NCBI RefSeq assembly: GCF_009914755.1
Contig: NC_060940.1
Direction: 5' to 3' (one strand)
DNA length: 64,000 nucleotides
Source: the human T2T-CHM13v2.0 reference genome, Homo sapiens
Part shown: in pieces, positions 27,341 through 42,400 of the stretch
Numbering within the stretch: the first letter of the stretch is position 1
How the letters are laid out: every line of letters begins with the position of its first letter
Program-made: the position numbers and the translations under genes
The notes under the pieces: generated by a model
Seen by the model: the letters and a program-made list of their open reading frames with translations, nothing else
Told to the model about the DNA's origin: nothing
Databases searched by the model: none

Positions 27341-30300
27341 TCATTTGATGATGATTCCTTTCAAGTTCATTAGATGATTCCATTCGATTCCATTTGATGA
27401 TGATCCCATTGGAGTCCATTCAGTGATTCCACTCGTTTCCATTCCATGATGATTCCATTCCATTCCATTCAATGATTACATTCGATTCCGTTTGATGATG
27501 ATTTCATTCGAGTCCATTTGATGATTCCATTTGATTCCATTCGATGATGATTCCATTCGATTCCATTCGATGATTCTATTCGAATCCATTTGATGATTTC
27601 TTTTGATTATAGTTGGTGATGATTCCATTGGAGTCCATTCAATGATTCCATTCGATTCCAATCGATGGTGATTCCATTAGAGTCCATTTAATGATTCCAT
27701 TTGATTCCAGTCTCTGATGATTACATTCGAGTCCATACGATGATTCCACTCAATTCCATATGATGATGATTCCATTCGATTCCATTCGATGATTCCATTC
27801 TATTCTATTCAATGGTGATTCCATTCGAGTACATTAGATGATTCCATTCGATTCCATTCAATGATGATTCTATTTGTGTCCCTTAGATGATTCCACATGA
27901 TTCCATTATATGATGATACTATTTCAGCCCATCCAATTATTCCCTTCGATTCCATTCGATGAGGATTCCATTCGATTCAATTCATTGGTGATTCTATTCA
28001 ATTCAATTCTTTGATTCCATTCCATTCCATTCGACAATGATTCCATTCGATTTCTTTCGATGATTCCACTCGATTCCACTTGACATTGATTCCCTTCGAT
28101 TCCATTCAATGATTCCATTTGATTCCAGTGGATGATGATTGCCATCGATTCCATTCGATCACTCCATTCTATTCCATTTGATGATGATTACATTCGATTC
28201 CATTTGACGATTCCATCTGATTCTATTCGAGGATTCCATTTGATTCCATTCGATGATGATTCCATTCGAGTCCATTCGATGATTTCATTCGAGTACATCC
28301 AATGATTCCATTCGAGTCCATTTGATGATTCCGTTTGATTCCATTTGATAATGATTCTACTAGAGTCCATTCAATGACTCCATTCGAGTCCATTCAACAA
28401 TTCCATTCGACTCCATTTGATGATTCCATTCGATTCCATTTGATGATTCCATTCGAGTCCATTTAATCATTACAGTCGAGTCCATTTGGTGATTCCACCG
28501 GATTTCTTTTGATAATGATACCATTCAATTACATTTGATGATGATCCCATTCAATTTCATTTGATGATGATTCCATTAGAGTCCATTCGATGATTTCATT
28601 CGAGTCCCTTCATTGATTCCATCCGATTTCATTGGATGATGACTCCATTCGAGTCCATTCGATGATTCCACTCGATTCCATTAGATGATTCCATTGGAGT
28701 CCATTTGATTGTTCCATTCGATTCCATTCGATTCCTTTCGAAGATTATTCCATTTGAGACCATTCGATGATGATTCCATTCCATTCCATTCGATGATTCC
28801 GTTTGATTCCATTCGATGATTCCCTTCGATTCCTTTCTTTGATGATTCCATTCCATTCCATTCAATGATTCCATTCGAATCTATTCCATGATGATTCCTT
28901 TCGATTCCATTCGCTGATGTTTCCGTTCAATTCCATTCGATGATGATTCCATTCGATTCCATTCATTGAGGATTCCATTTGATTCCATTCAATGATGATT
29001 CCGTTCTATTCCATTCAATGATTGCATTCAATTCCATTCAATGATTATCCCCTTAGAGTAAACTCAACGATTCCATTCAATACCATTCGATGATGATTCC
29101 TTTTGAGTCCATTCAATGATTTCATTCAAGTCCATTTGATGATTCCTTTCAATTCCATTCTATGATGATTCCATTCGAGTCCATTCGATGATTCCATTAG
29201 ATTGCATTCGATTATTCCATTATATTCCAGTCAACGATGATTCCATTCGAGTCCATTCGATGATTCCATTAGAGTACATTTAATGATTGCTTTGTTTTCA
29301 ATTCGAAGATGATTACATTGGATTCCATTCTATGATACCATTCGATTCCATTCAATGATGATTCCACTCAAATCCATTGGATGATTCCATTCGTGTCCAT
29401 TCGGTGATTTCATTAGATTCCATTCGAGGATGATTCCATTCGATTCCATTCGATGATTCCATTCAATTCCATTCGATGATGATTCCATTCCAGTCCATAT
29501 GATCATTCCATTTGATTTCATTCGATGATGATTCCATTCGATTCCATTCGATGATTCCATTCTATTCCATTCGATGATGATTCCATTCGAGTCCATTCGA
29601 TGATTCCATTCGAGTCCATTTAATGATTCCATTGGGTTCAATTCAATGATGATTACATTGGATTCCGTTCTATGATTCCATTCAATTCCGTTCATTGACA
29701 ATTTGATTCCATTCGATGATGATTCCATTTGAGTTCATTCGATGATTCTATTCGATTCTCTTCGATGGTGATTCAATTCTATTATATTGGATGATTCCAT
29801 TCGATTCCATTTGATGTTGATTCAATTCGATTCTATTCGATGATGATTCCATTGGATTTCACTTGATGATTCTATTCGATTCCATTCAATGATGATTCAC
29901 TTCTCGTCCATTGGATGATTCCATTTCATTCCATTCGATGATGATTCCATTCGATTGCATTCGATGATTCCATTTGATTCCATGCGACGGTGAGCAATTC
30001 GATTCAATTCCATGATGATTCTATTTGATTCAATTAGATGATGTTTCCATTCGAATCCATTCCATGATTATTCCATTGGAATCTATTTGGCGATGATTCC
30101 ATATGAGTCAATTCAATGATGATTCCATATGGGTCCGTTCGATGATAATTCCATTTGATTTCATTCGATGCTTCTATTCTATTCCAGTCGATGATGATTC
30201 CGTTGGAGTCCATACGATGATTCCATTTGATTTCATTTGATGATGATTCCATTCGATGATGATTACATTGGATTCCATTCTATGATTCCATTCAATTCCA

Positions 30301-33300
30301 TTCGTTGATGATTCGATTCCATTCAATGATGATTCCATTTGAGTTCATTCGATGATTCTATTCGATTCCGTTCGATGGTGATTCAATTCTATTATATTGG
30401 ATGATTCCACTCGATTCCATTTGATGATTATTCCATTGGAGTCCACTTAGTGAATCCTTTAGATTCTACTCGACGATGATTCCATTCGAGTCCATTCAAT
30501 GATACCATTCAATTTCATTCGTTGATGCTTCCATTCAAGTGCATTCGATGATATCATTCGATTCCATTTGATGATAATTCCATTTGATTCCATGTGATGA
30601 TTCTATTCGATTCCATTCAATGATAATTCCATTCAATTCAGTGATTCCTCTGGACTCCATTTGATGATGATTCCATTCAATGATTCCATTCGATTCTATT
30701 CCAAAATGATTCCATTTGAATCCATTTGATGATGATTCCATTAGATTCCATTTGATGATTCCATTCGATTGCATTTGACGATGATTCCATTCGATTCCAT
30801 TTGATGATTCCATTCTATTCTATTCGATGATGATTCCATTCGATTCCATTTGATGATGATTGGATTCGATTCCATTTGATGATTTCATTTGATTCCATTC
30901 GTTAATGATTTCGATCAACTCCATTCGATGATTCCATTTGATTCCATTCGATAATGATTACATCCGAGTCCATTCGATGATTCCATTTGAGCCCGTTCGA
31001 TAATTCCATTTGAGTCCAATCAATGATTCCATTCATTTCCATTCAATGATTCCATTCGAGTCCATTTGATCATTCCGGTAGTGTCCGTTCGATGTTGATT
31101 CCATTGGAGTGCATTCGATGATTCCATTCGAGTCCATTTTATGATTTGATTCGAGTCCTTTCGATGATTCCATTCGATTCCACTCGATGATGATTTCATT
31201 CGAGTCCATTCGACACTTCCAATCGATTCCATTTGATGTTTCCATTCGAGTCCAATTGATGATTCCATTCAATTCCATTCGATGATGATTCCGTACGATT
31301 CCATTCTGTGATGATTCCATGTGATTGCATTCCATGATGATTCCTTTCGATTGCATTCGATTATGATTCATTTCGTGTTCATTCTATGGTTCCACAGGTT
31401 TCCATTCGATGACGTTTCCGTTCGTGTCCATTCCATTATTCCATTCTATTTCATTTGATGATGATTCCATTCGATTCCATTCATTGGTGATTCCACTCAA
31501 TTCCATTCAATGATTCCATTCCATTTCTTTCAACAATGATTCCATTACTTTCTATTCGATGATCCACTTGATTCCATTTGGCGATGATTCCATTCGTGTC
31601 CATTCGATGATTCCATTTGATTCCATATGATGATGATTCCATTCGATTCCATACCATGATGATTCCATTCGAGTCCATTCAATGGTGATTCCATTCAATT
31701 CCATTCGATGATTCCTTCCGATTCCATTCGATGATGATGGCATTCGATTCCTTTCAATCATTCCCTTTGATTCCATTCAAAGGTGATTTCATTCAAGTCC
31801 ATTCGATAATTGCATTCGATTCCATTCTATGATGATTCCATTCGAGTCCATTTGATGATTCCATTCAATTCAAGTCAATGATGATTCCATTCAATTCCAC
31901 TCGATGATTCCAGTGGATTCCATTCGATGATGATTCCATTCAAATCCATTCGATAATTCAATTCAAGTCCATTCGATGATGATTCCAATCGAATCCATTC
32001 AAAGATTCCATTCAATTCCATTCGATGATGATTCCCTTAGATTCCATTCGATGATTCCACTTGATTCCATTTACGATGATTCCATTCGATTCCATGTGAT
32101 GAATCCATTCAATTCTATTCAATGATGTTTCCATTTGATTCCATTGGACCATGATTGCCTTTGATTCCATTCAATGATTCCATTCGGTTCCATTTGATGA
32201 TGATTCCGTTCGATTCCATTTCATTATTCCATTTGATTCCATTGGATGAGTCCATTCGATTACATTCGATGATTATTCCATTCGAGTGCATTAGATGATT
32301 GCATTCGAGTCCATTCGATGATTCCATTCGATTCCATTCGATGTTGATTCTGTTCAAATCCATTCGATGATTCCACTCGATTCCAATCGATGACTCCATT
32401 TGATCCCATTCGATGATTTCCTGTGATTCCCTTTGATGATCATTCTATTTGATTCAATTCGGTGATTTCATTTCATTCCATTCAGTGATGTTTCCATTCG
32501 ACTGTATTCGATGATGATTCCATTCGACTCCATTCGATTATGATTTCATTCAATTCCATTCAATAATGATTCCCTTCGAGTCCATTCGATGATTCCATTC
32601 GATTCCATTCAACGATGATTTGATTCGTTTCCATTCGATGATTCCATTTGATTCCACTTGATGATGATTCCATTCGAGTCCATTTGATGATTCCATTCGA
32701 GTCTATTTATGTATTATATTCGTGTCCACTTCATGATTCCATTCAATTCCATTTAATGTTGATTCCATTTGATTCCATTTGATGATTCAGTTCGATTCCT
32801 TGCAATGATTCCCTACGATTCCTTTCTCTGATGATTCCATTCGATTCCATTCATTGATGATTTCATTCGACTCCATTCGATGATGATTCCTTTCGATTCC
32901 ATTTGACGATGTTTCCATTCGAGTCCATTCGATGATGATTCTATTCAATTCTGTTCTATTATGATTCCATTCGATTTCATTCAATGCTTCTATTTGATTC
33001 CATTCGATGATGATTCCATCTCTTTCCCTTCGATGATTCCTTTTGATTCCATTCAGTGATGATTCCATTTGATTCCATCTGATGATGATTTCACTTGATT
33101 CCTTTCAATGATGATTCAATTCAAGTCCATTCGATGATTCCATTGGAGTCCAAACGATCATTCCGTTCGATTCCATTCAATGGTGATTCCATTCATGTCC
33201 ATTCGATGAATCCATTCAATTCCATTCGATGATGACTCCATTCGAGTACATTCGATGATTCCATTTGATTCCATTTGAAGATGATTCCATTCAATTCCAT

Positions 33301-33600
33301 TCGAAGATGATTCCATTCAATTCCATTCGATGATGATTCCGTATGAATCCATTCTCTGATTATTCCATTCGATTCCATTCATTGACGATTCCATTCAATT
33401 CCATTCAATGATGATTCTCTTCTATTCCATTCGATGATTCCGGTCGATTCCATTCGATGATGATTCCATTAGATTCCATTCGATTGTTGCATTCGATTCC
33501 CTTCGATGATGATTCCTTTGAATTCCATTCGATTATCATTCCGTATGAATCCATTTGATGATTATTCCATTGGATTCCTTTCGATGATGATTCCATTCGA
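27341..33600 (+). repeat. Variant unit ending in ~0.9 kb of the divergent insert; sister copy of ~3939-10129
   Basis: The offset is a constant 23471 bp for landmarks 6563/30034, 7064/30535, 8010/31481, 8644/32115, 9316/32787, 9722/33193 and 9934/33405. Confidence 0.88.
32699..33600 (+). repeat. Second, truncated copy of the divergent HSat2 segment
   Basis: Near-identical to 9228-10129, with the same left junction. Confidence 0.87.
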
Positions 33601-36600
33601 GTCCATTCGATGATTCTATTCGAATCCATTTGATGATTTCTTTTGATTATAGTTGTTGATGATTCCTTTGGAGTCCATTCCATGATTCCATTCGATTCCA
33701 ATCGATGATGATTCCATTAGTGTCCATTTAATGATTCCATTTGATTCCAGTCTCTGATGATTACATTCGAGTCCATACGATGATTCCACTCAATTCCATA
33801 TGATGATGATTCCATTCGATTCCATTCGATGATTCCATTCTATTCTATTCAATGGTGATTCCATTCGAGTACATTAGATGATTCCATTCGATTCCATTCA
33901 ATGATGATTCTATTTGTGTCCCTTACATGGTTCCACATGATTCCATTAGATGATGATACTATTTGAGCCCATCCAATGATTCCCTTCGATTCCATTCGAT
34001 GAGGATTCCATTCGATTCAATTCATTGGTGATTCTATTCAATTCAATTCTTTGATTCCATTCCATTCCATTCGACAATGATTCCATTCGATTTCTTTCGA
34101 TGATTCCACTCGATTCCACTTGACATTGATTCCATTCGATTCCATTCAATGATTCCGTTTGATTCCAGTGGATGATGATTGCCATCGATTCCATTCGATC
34201 ACTCCATTCTATTCCATTTGATGATGATTACATTCGATTCCATTTGATGATTCCATCTGATTCTATTCGAGGATTCCATTTGATTCCATTCGATGATGAT
34301 TCCATTTGAGTCCATTCGATGATTTCATTCGAGTACATCCAATGATTCCATTCGAGTCCATTTGATGATTCCATTTGATTCCATTTGATTATGATTCTAC
34401 TAGAGTCCATTCAATGACTCCATTCGAATCCATTCAACAATTCCATTCGAGTCCATTCGAAGATTCCATTTCATGATTCCATTCGAGTCCATTTAATCAT
34501 TACAGTCGAGTCCGTTTGGTGATTCCACTGGATTTCTTTTGATAATGATACCATTCCATTACATTTGATGATGATCCCATTCAATTTCATTTGATGATGA
34601 TTCCATTAGAGTCCATTCAATGATTTCATTCGAGTCCCTTCATTGATTCCATACGATTTCATTGGATGATGACTCCATTCGAGTCCATTCGATGATTCCA
34701 CTCGATTCCATTAGATGATTCCATTGGAGTCCATTTGATTGTTCCATTCGATTCCATTCGATTCCTTTCGAAGATTATTCCATTTGAGTCCATTCGATGA
34801 TGTTTCCATTCCATTCCATTCCATTCGATGATTCCGTTTGATTCCGTTCGATGATTCCCTTTGATTCCTTTCTATGATGATTCCATTCCATTCCATTCAA
34901 TGATTCCATTCGAATCTATTCCATGATGATTCCTTTCGATTCCATTCGCTGATGTTTCCGTTCAATTCCATTCGATGATGATTCCATTCGATTCCATTCA
35001 TTGAGGATTCCATTGGATTCCATTCAATGATGATTCCATTCTATTCCATTCAATGATTGCATTCAATTCCATTCAATGATTATCCCCTTAGAGTAAACTC
35101 AACGATTCCATTCAATACCATTCGATGATGATTCCTTTTGAGTCCATTCAATGATTTCATTCAAGTCCATTTGATGATTCCTTTCAATTCCATTCTATGA
35201 TGATTCCATTCGAGTCCATTCGATGATTCCATTCGATTGCATTCGACGATTCCCTTATATTCTATTCAACGATGATTCCATTCGAGTCCATTCGATGATT
35301 CCATTAGAGTACATTTAATGATTGCTTTGTTTTCAATTCGAAGATGATTACATTGGATTCCATTCTTTGATACCATTCGATTCCATTCAATGATGATTCC
35401 ACTCAAATCCATTGGATGATTCCATTCGTGTCCATTCGGTGATTTCATTAGATTCCATTCGAGGATGATTCCATTCGATGATTCCATTCAATTCCATTCG
35501 ATGATGATTCCATTCCAGTCCATATGATCATTCCATTTGATTTCATTCGATGATGATTCCATTCGATTCCATTCGACGATTCCATTCTATTCCATTCGAG
35601 GATGATTCCATTCGAGTCCATTCGATCATTCCATTCGAGTCCATTTAATGATTCCATTGGGTTCAATTCAATGATGATTACATTGGATTCCGTTCTATGA
35701 TTCCATTCAATTCCGTTCATTGACAATTTGATTCCATTCGATGATGATTCCATTTGAGTTCATTCGATGATTCTATTCGATTCTCTTCGATGGTGATTCA
35801 ATTCTATTATATTGGATGATTCCATTCGATTCCATTTGATGTTGATTCAATTCGATTCTATTCGATGATGATTCCATTGGATTTCACTTGATGATTCTAT
35901 TCGATTCCATTCAATGATGATTCACTTCTCGTCCATTGGATGATTCCATTTCATTCCATTCGATGATGATTCCATTCGATTCCATTCGATGATTCCATTT
36001 GATTCCATGCGACGGTGAGCAATTCGATTCAATTCCATGATGATTCTATTTGATTCAATTAGATGATGTTTCCATTCGAATCCATTCCATGATTATTCCA
36101 TTGGAATCCATTCGGCGATGATTCCATATGAGTCAATTCAATGATGATTCCATATGGGTCCGTTCGATGATAATTCCATTTGATTTCATTCGATGCTTCT
36201 ATTCAATTCCAGTTGATGATGATTCCGTTGGAGTCCATACGATGATTCCATTTGATTTCATTTGATGATGATTCCATTCGATTCCATTCGATGATGATTA
36301 CATTGGATTCCATTCTATGATTCCATTCAATTCCATTCGTTGATGATTCGATTCCCTTGAATGATGATTCCACTTGAGTTCATTCAATGATTCTATTCGA
36401 TTCCGTTCGATGGTGATTCAATTCTCTTATATTGGATGATTCCACTCGATTCCATTTGATGATTATTCCATTGGAGTCCACTTAGTGAATCCTTTAGATT
36501 CTACTCGAAGATGATTCCATTCGAGTCCATTCTTTGATACCATTCAATTCCATTCGTTGATGCTTCCATTCAAGTGCATTCGATGATATCATTCGATTCC

Positions 36601-39487
36601 ATTTGATGATAATTCCATTTGATTCCATGCGATGATTCTATTCGATTCCATTCAATGATAATTCCATTCACTTCAGTGGTTCCTCTGGACTCCATTTGAT
36701 GATGATTCCATTCAATGATTCCATTCGATTCTATTCCAAAATGATTCCATTTGAATCCATTTGATGATGATTCCATTAGATTCCATTTGATGATTCCATT
36801 CGATTCCATTCGACGATGATTCCATTCGATTCCATTTGATGATTCCATTCTATTCTATTCGATGATGATTCCATTCGATTCCATTCGATGATGATTGGAT
36901 TCGATTCCATTTGATGACTTCATTTGATTCCATTCGTTAATGATTTCGATCAATTCCATTCGATGATTCCATTCGATTTCATTCGATAATGATTACATCC
37001 GAGTCCATTCGATGATTCCATTTGAGCCCGTTCGATAATTCCATTTGAGTCCAATCAATGATTCCATTCATTTCCATTCAATGATTCCATTCGAGTCCAT
37101 TTGATCATTCCGGTAGGGTCCATTCGATGTTGATTCCATTGGAGTGCATTCGATGATTCCATTCGAGTCCATTTTAGGATTTGATTCGAGTCCTTTCGAT
37201 GATTCCATTCGACTCCACTCGATGATGATTTCATTCGAGTCCATTCGACACTTCCAATCGATTCCATTTGTTGTTTCCTTTCGAGTCCAATTGATGATTC
37301 CATTCAATTCCATTCGATGATGATTCCGTACGGTTCCATTCTGTGATGATTCCATGTGATTGCATTCAATGATGATTACTTTCGATTGCATTCGATTATG
37401 ATTCATTTCGTGTTCATTCTATGGTTCCACAGGTTTCCATTCGTGTCCATTCCATTATTCCATTCTATTCCATTTGATGATGATTCCATTCGATTCCATT
37501 CATTGGTGATTCCACTCAATTCCATTCAATGATTCCATTCCATTTCTTTCAACAATGATTCCATTAGTTTCTAATCGATGATCCACTTGATTCCATTTGA
37601 CGACGATTCCATTCTTGTCCATTCGATGATTCCATTTGATTCCATATGATGATGATTCCATTCGATTCCATACGATGATGATTCCATTCGAGTCCATTCA
37701 ATGGTGATTCCATTCAATTCCATTCGATGATTCCTTTTGATTCCATTCGATGATGATGGCATTCGATTCCTTTCAATCATTCCCTTTGATTCCATTCAAA
37801 GGTGATTTCATTCAAGTCCATTCGATAATTGCATTCGATTCCATTCTATGATGATTCCATTCGAGTCCATTTGATGATTCCATTCAATTCAAGTCAATGA
37901 TGATTCCATTCGATTCCATTCGATGATTCCATTGGATTCCATTCGATGATGATTCCATTCAAATCCATTCGATAATTCAATTCAAGTCCATTCGATGATG
38001 ATTCCAATCGAATCCATTCAAAGATTCCATTCAGTTCCATTCGATGATTCCCTTAGATTCCATTCGATGATTCCACTTGATTGCATTTATGATGATTCCA
38101 TTCGATTCCATGTGATGATTCCATTCAATTCTATTCAATGATGTCTCCATTTGATTCCATTCGACCATGATTGCCTTTGATTCCATTCAATGATTCCATT
38201 CGGTTCCGTTTGATGATGATTCCGTTCGATTCCATTTGATGATTCCATTTGATTCCATTGGATGAGTCCATTCGATTACATTCGATGATTATTCCATTCG
38301 AGTGCATTAGATGATTCCATTCGAGTCCATTCGATGATTCCATTCGATTCCATTCGATGTTGATTCTGTTCAAATCCATTCGATGATTCCACTCGATTCC
38401 ATTCGTTGACTCCATTTGATCCCATTCGATGATTTCCTTTGATTCCCTTTGATGATCATTCCATTTGATTCAATTCGGTGATTTCATTTGATTCCATTCA
38501 GTGATGTTTCCATTCGACTCCATTCGATGATGATTCCATTCGACTCCATTCGATTATGATTTCATTCAATTCCATTCGATAATGATTCCCTTCGAGTCCA
38601 TTCGATGATTCCATTCGATTCCATTCAACGATGATTTGATTCGTGTCCATTCGATGATTCCATTTGATTCCACTTGATGATGATTCCATTCGAGTCCATT
38701 TGATGATTCCATTCAATTCCATACTCCGATGATTTCTTTTGAGCCCACTCAATGCTTCCACTCGATTCCATATGATGATGACTCCATTCGATGAAATTCG
38801 ATGATGATTCCATTCGCTTGCTTTTGATGATGATTCCACTTGAGTCCGTTAGAAGATTCTATTCAATTACATTCCATGACGATTCCGTTCGAGTCCATTT
38901 GATGATTCCATTAGACTCCATTCGACGATGATTCCATTCGATGTTATTCGATGATTCCATTTGATCTCATTCGATGATGATTCCATTCAACTCCATTCGA
39001 TGTTTCCATTCGAGTTCATTCTATTATTCCATTAGATTCCATTCGATGATGATTCCATTCGATTCCATTTGATGATTGCATTCTATTTCATTTGATGATG
39101 ATTCCATTCGAGTCCACTCGATGATTCCATTCGAGTCCATTTAATGAATCCATTGGTTTCAATTCTATGATGATTACATTGGATTCCATTCGTTGATGAT
39201 TTCATTCGGTTCCATTCAATGATGATTCCATTCAATTCCTTTCAATGTTTCCATTCAATTCCATACGATGATGATTCCATTTGATTTGATTCGACAGTGG
39301 GCCATTCGATTCAATTCCATGATGATTCTATTTGATTCAATTGGTTGACATTTCCATTCGATTCCATTCGATGATGATTCCCTTTGATTCCGTTCAAAGA
39401 TGATTCCATTCTAGCCCATTCAATCATTCCATTCGATTCTATTCAATGATGATTCCATTCATGTCGATTTGGTGATTCCATTTGACT
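33601..39487 (+). repeat. 5'-truncated, near-canonical unit with small 5/10-bp indels; transitional between the left and right haplotypes
   Basis: Landmarks 33946, 34228, 36570, 37068, 37500, 38131 and 38498 are in canonical order, with a net change of -5 bp. Confidence 0.82.
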
Positions 39488-42400
39488 TCATTTGATGATG
39501 ATTCCTTTCAAGTTCATTAGATGATTCCATTCGATTCCATTTGATGATGATCCCATTCGAGTCCATTCAGTGATTCCATTCGTTTCTATTCCATGATGAT
39601 TCCATTCCTTTCCATTCAATGATTCCATTCGATTCCGTTTGATGATGATTTCATTCGAGTCCATTTGATGATTCCATTTGATTCCATTCGATGATGATTC
39701 CATTCGAGTCCATTCGATGATTCTATTCGAATCCATTTGATGATTTCTTTTGATTATATTTGGTGATGATTCCATTGGAGTCCATTCAATGATTCCATTC
39801 GATTCCAATCGATGATGATTCCATTAGAGTCCATTTAATGATTCCATTTGATTCCAGTCTCTGATGATTACATTCGAGTCCATACGATGATTCCACTCAA
39901 TTCCATATGATGATGATTCCATTTGATTCCATTCGGTGATTCCATTCTATTCTATTCAATGGTGATTCCATTCGAGTACATTAGATGATTCCATTCGATT
40001 CCATTCAATGATGATTCTATTTGTGTCCCTTAGATGATTCCACATGATTCCATTACATGATGATACTATTTGAGCCCATCCAATGATTCCCTTCGATTCC
40101 ATTCGATGAGGATTCCATTCGATTCAATTCATTGGTGATTCTATTCAATTCAATTCTTTGATTCCATTCCATTCCATTCGACAATGATTCCATTCGATTT
40201 CTTTCGATGATTCCACTCGATTCCACTTGACATTGATTCCATTCGATTCCATTCAATGATTCCATTTGATTCCAGTGGATGATGATTGCCATCGATTCCA
40301 TTCGATCACTCCATTCTATTCCATTTGATGATGATTACATTCGATTCCATTTGATGATTCCATCTGATTCTATTCGAGGATTCCATTTGATTCCATTCGA
40401 TGATGATTCCATTCGAGTCCATTCGATGATTTCATTCGAGTACATCCAATGATTCCATTCGAGTCCATTAGATGATTCCATTTGATTCCATTTGAAAATG
40501 ATTCTACTAGAGTCCATTCAATGACTCCATTCGAGTCCATTCAACAATTCCATTCGACTCCATTCGATGATTCCATTCGATTCCATTTGATGGTTCCATT
40601 CGAGTCCATTTAATCATTACAGTCGAGTCCATTTGGTGATTCCACTGGATTTCTTTTGATAATGATACCATTCAATTACATTTGATGATGATCCCATTCA
40701 ATTTCATTGGATGATGATTCCATTAGAGTCCATTCGATGATTTCATTCGAGTCCCTTCATTGATTCCATCCGATTTCATTGGATGATGACTCCATTCGAG
40801 TCCATTCGATGATTCCACTCGATTCCATTAGATGACTCCATTGGAGTCCATTTGATTGTTCCATTCGATTCCATTCGATTCCTTTCGAAGATTATTCCAT
40901 TTGAGTCCATTCGATGATGATTCCATTCCATTCCATTCGATGATTCCGTTTGATTCCATTCGATGATTCCCTTCGATTCCTTTCTTTGATGATTCCATTC
41001 CATTCCATTCAATGATTCCATTCGAATCTATTCCATGATGATTCCTTTCGATTCCATTCGCTGATGTTTCCGTTCAATTCCATTCGATGATGATTCCATT
41101 CGATTCCATTCATTGAGGATTCCATTTGATTCCATTCAATGATGATTCCATTCTATTCCATTCAATGATTGCATTCAATTCCATTCAATGATTATCCCAT
41201 TAGAATAAACTCAACGATTCCATTCAATACCATTCGATGATGATTCCTTTTGAGTCCATTCAATGATTTCATTCAAGTCCATTTGATGATTCCTTTCAAT
41301 TCCATTCTATGATGATTCCATTCGAGTCCATTCGATGATTCCATTCGATTGCATTCGATTATTCCATTATATTCCAGTCAACGGTGATTCCATTCGAGTC
41401 CATTCCATGATTCCATTAGAGTACATTTAATGATTGCTTTGTTTTCAATTCGAAGATGATTACATTGGATTCCATTCTATGATACCATTCGATTCCATTC
41501 AATGATGATTCCACTCAAATCCATTGGATGATTCCATTCCTGTCCATTCGGTGATTTCATTAGATTCCATTCGAGGATGATTCCATTCGATTCCATTCGA
41601 TGATTCCATTCAATTCCATTCGATGATGATTCCATTCCAGTCCATATGATCATTCCATTTGATTTCATTCGATGATGATTCCATTCGATTCGATTCGACG
41701 ATTCCATTCTATTCCATTCGATGATGATTCCATTCGAGTCCATTCGATGATTCCATTCGAGTCCATTTAATGATTCCATTGGGTTCAATTCAATGATGAT
41801 TACATTGGATTCCGTTCTATGATTCCATTCAATTCCGTTCATTGACAATTTGATTCCATTCGATGATGATTCCATTTGAGTTCATTCGATGATTCTATTC
41901 GATTCTCTTCGATGGTGATTCAATTCTATTATATTGGATGATTCCATTCGATTCCATTTGATGTTGATTCAATTCGATTCTATTCGATGATGATTCCATT
42001 GGATTTCACTTGATGATTCTATTCGATTCCATTCAATGATGATTCACTTCTCGTCCACTGGATGATTCCATTTCATTCCATTCGATGATGATTCCATTCG
42101 ATTCCATTCGATGATTCCATTTGATTCCATGCGACGGTGAGCAATTCGATTCAATTCCATGATGATTCTATTTGATTCAATTAGATGATGTTTCCATTCG
42201 AATCCATTCCATGATTATTCCATTGGAATCCATTCGGCGATGATTCCATATGAGTCAATTCAATGATGATTCCATATGGGTCCGTTCGATGATAATTCCA
42301 TTTGATTTCATTCGATGCTTCTATTCTATTCCAGTCGATGATGATTCCGTTGGAGTCCATACGATGATTCCATTTGATTTCATTTGATGATGATTCCATT

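Noticed and set aside
3939-33600. A regular 23.5-kb super-repeat
   Set aside because: The 23471-bp offset holds only up to 10129/33600, and the sequence order differs beyond that point.
40920-41012. TEAD (CATTCC) or HSF1 (nGAAn) motif clusters as regulatory elements
   Set aside because: Such words are unavoidable in CATTC-derived DNA, and nothing in the sequence singles these sites out.
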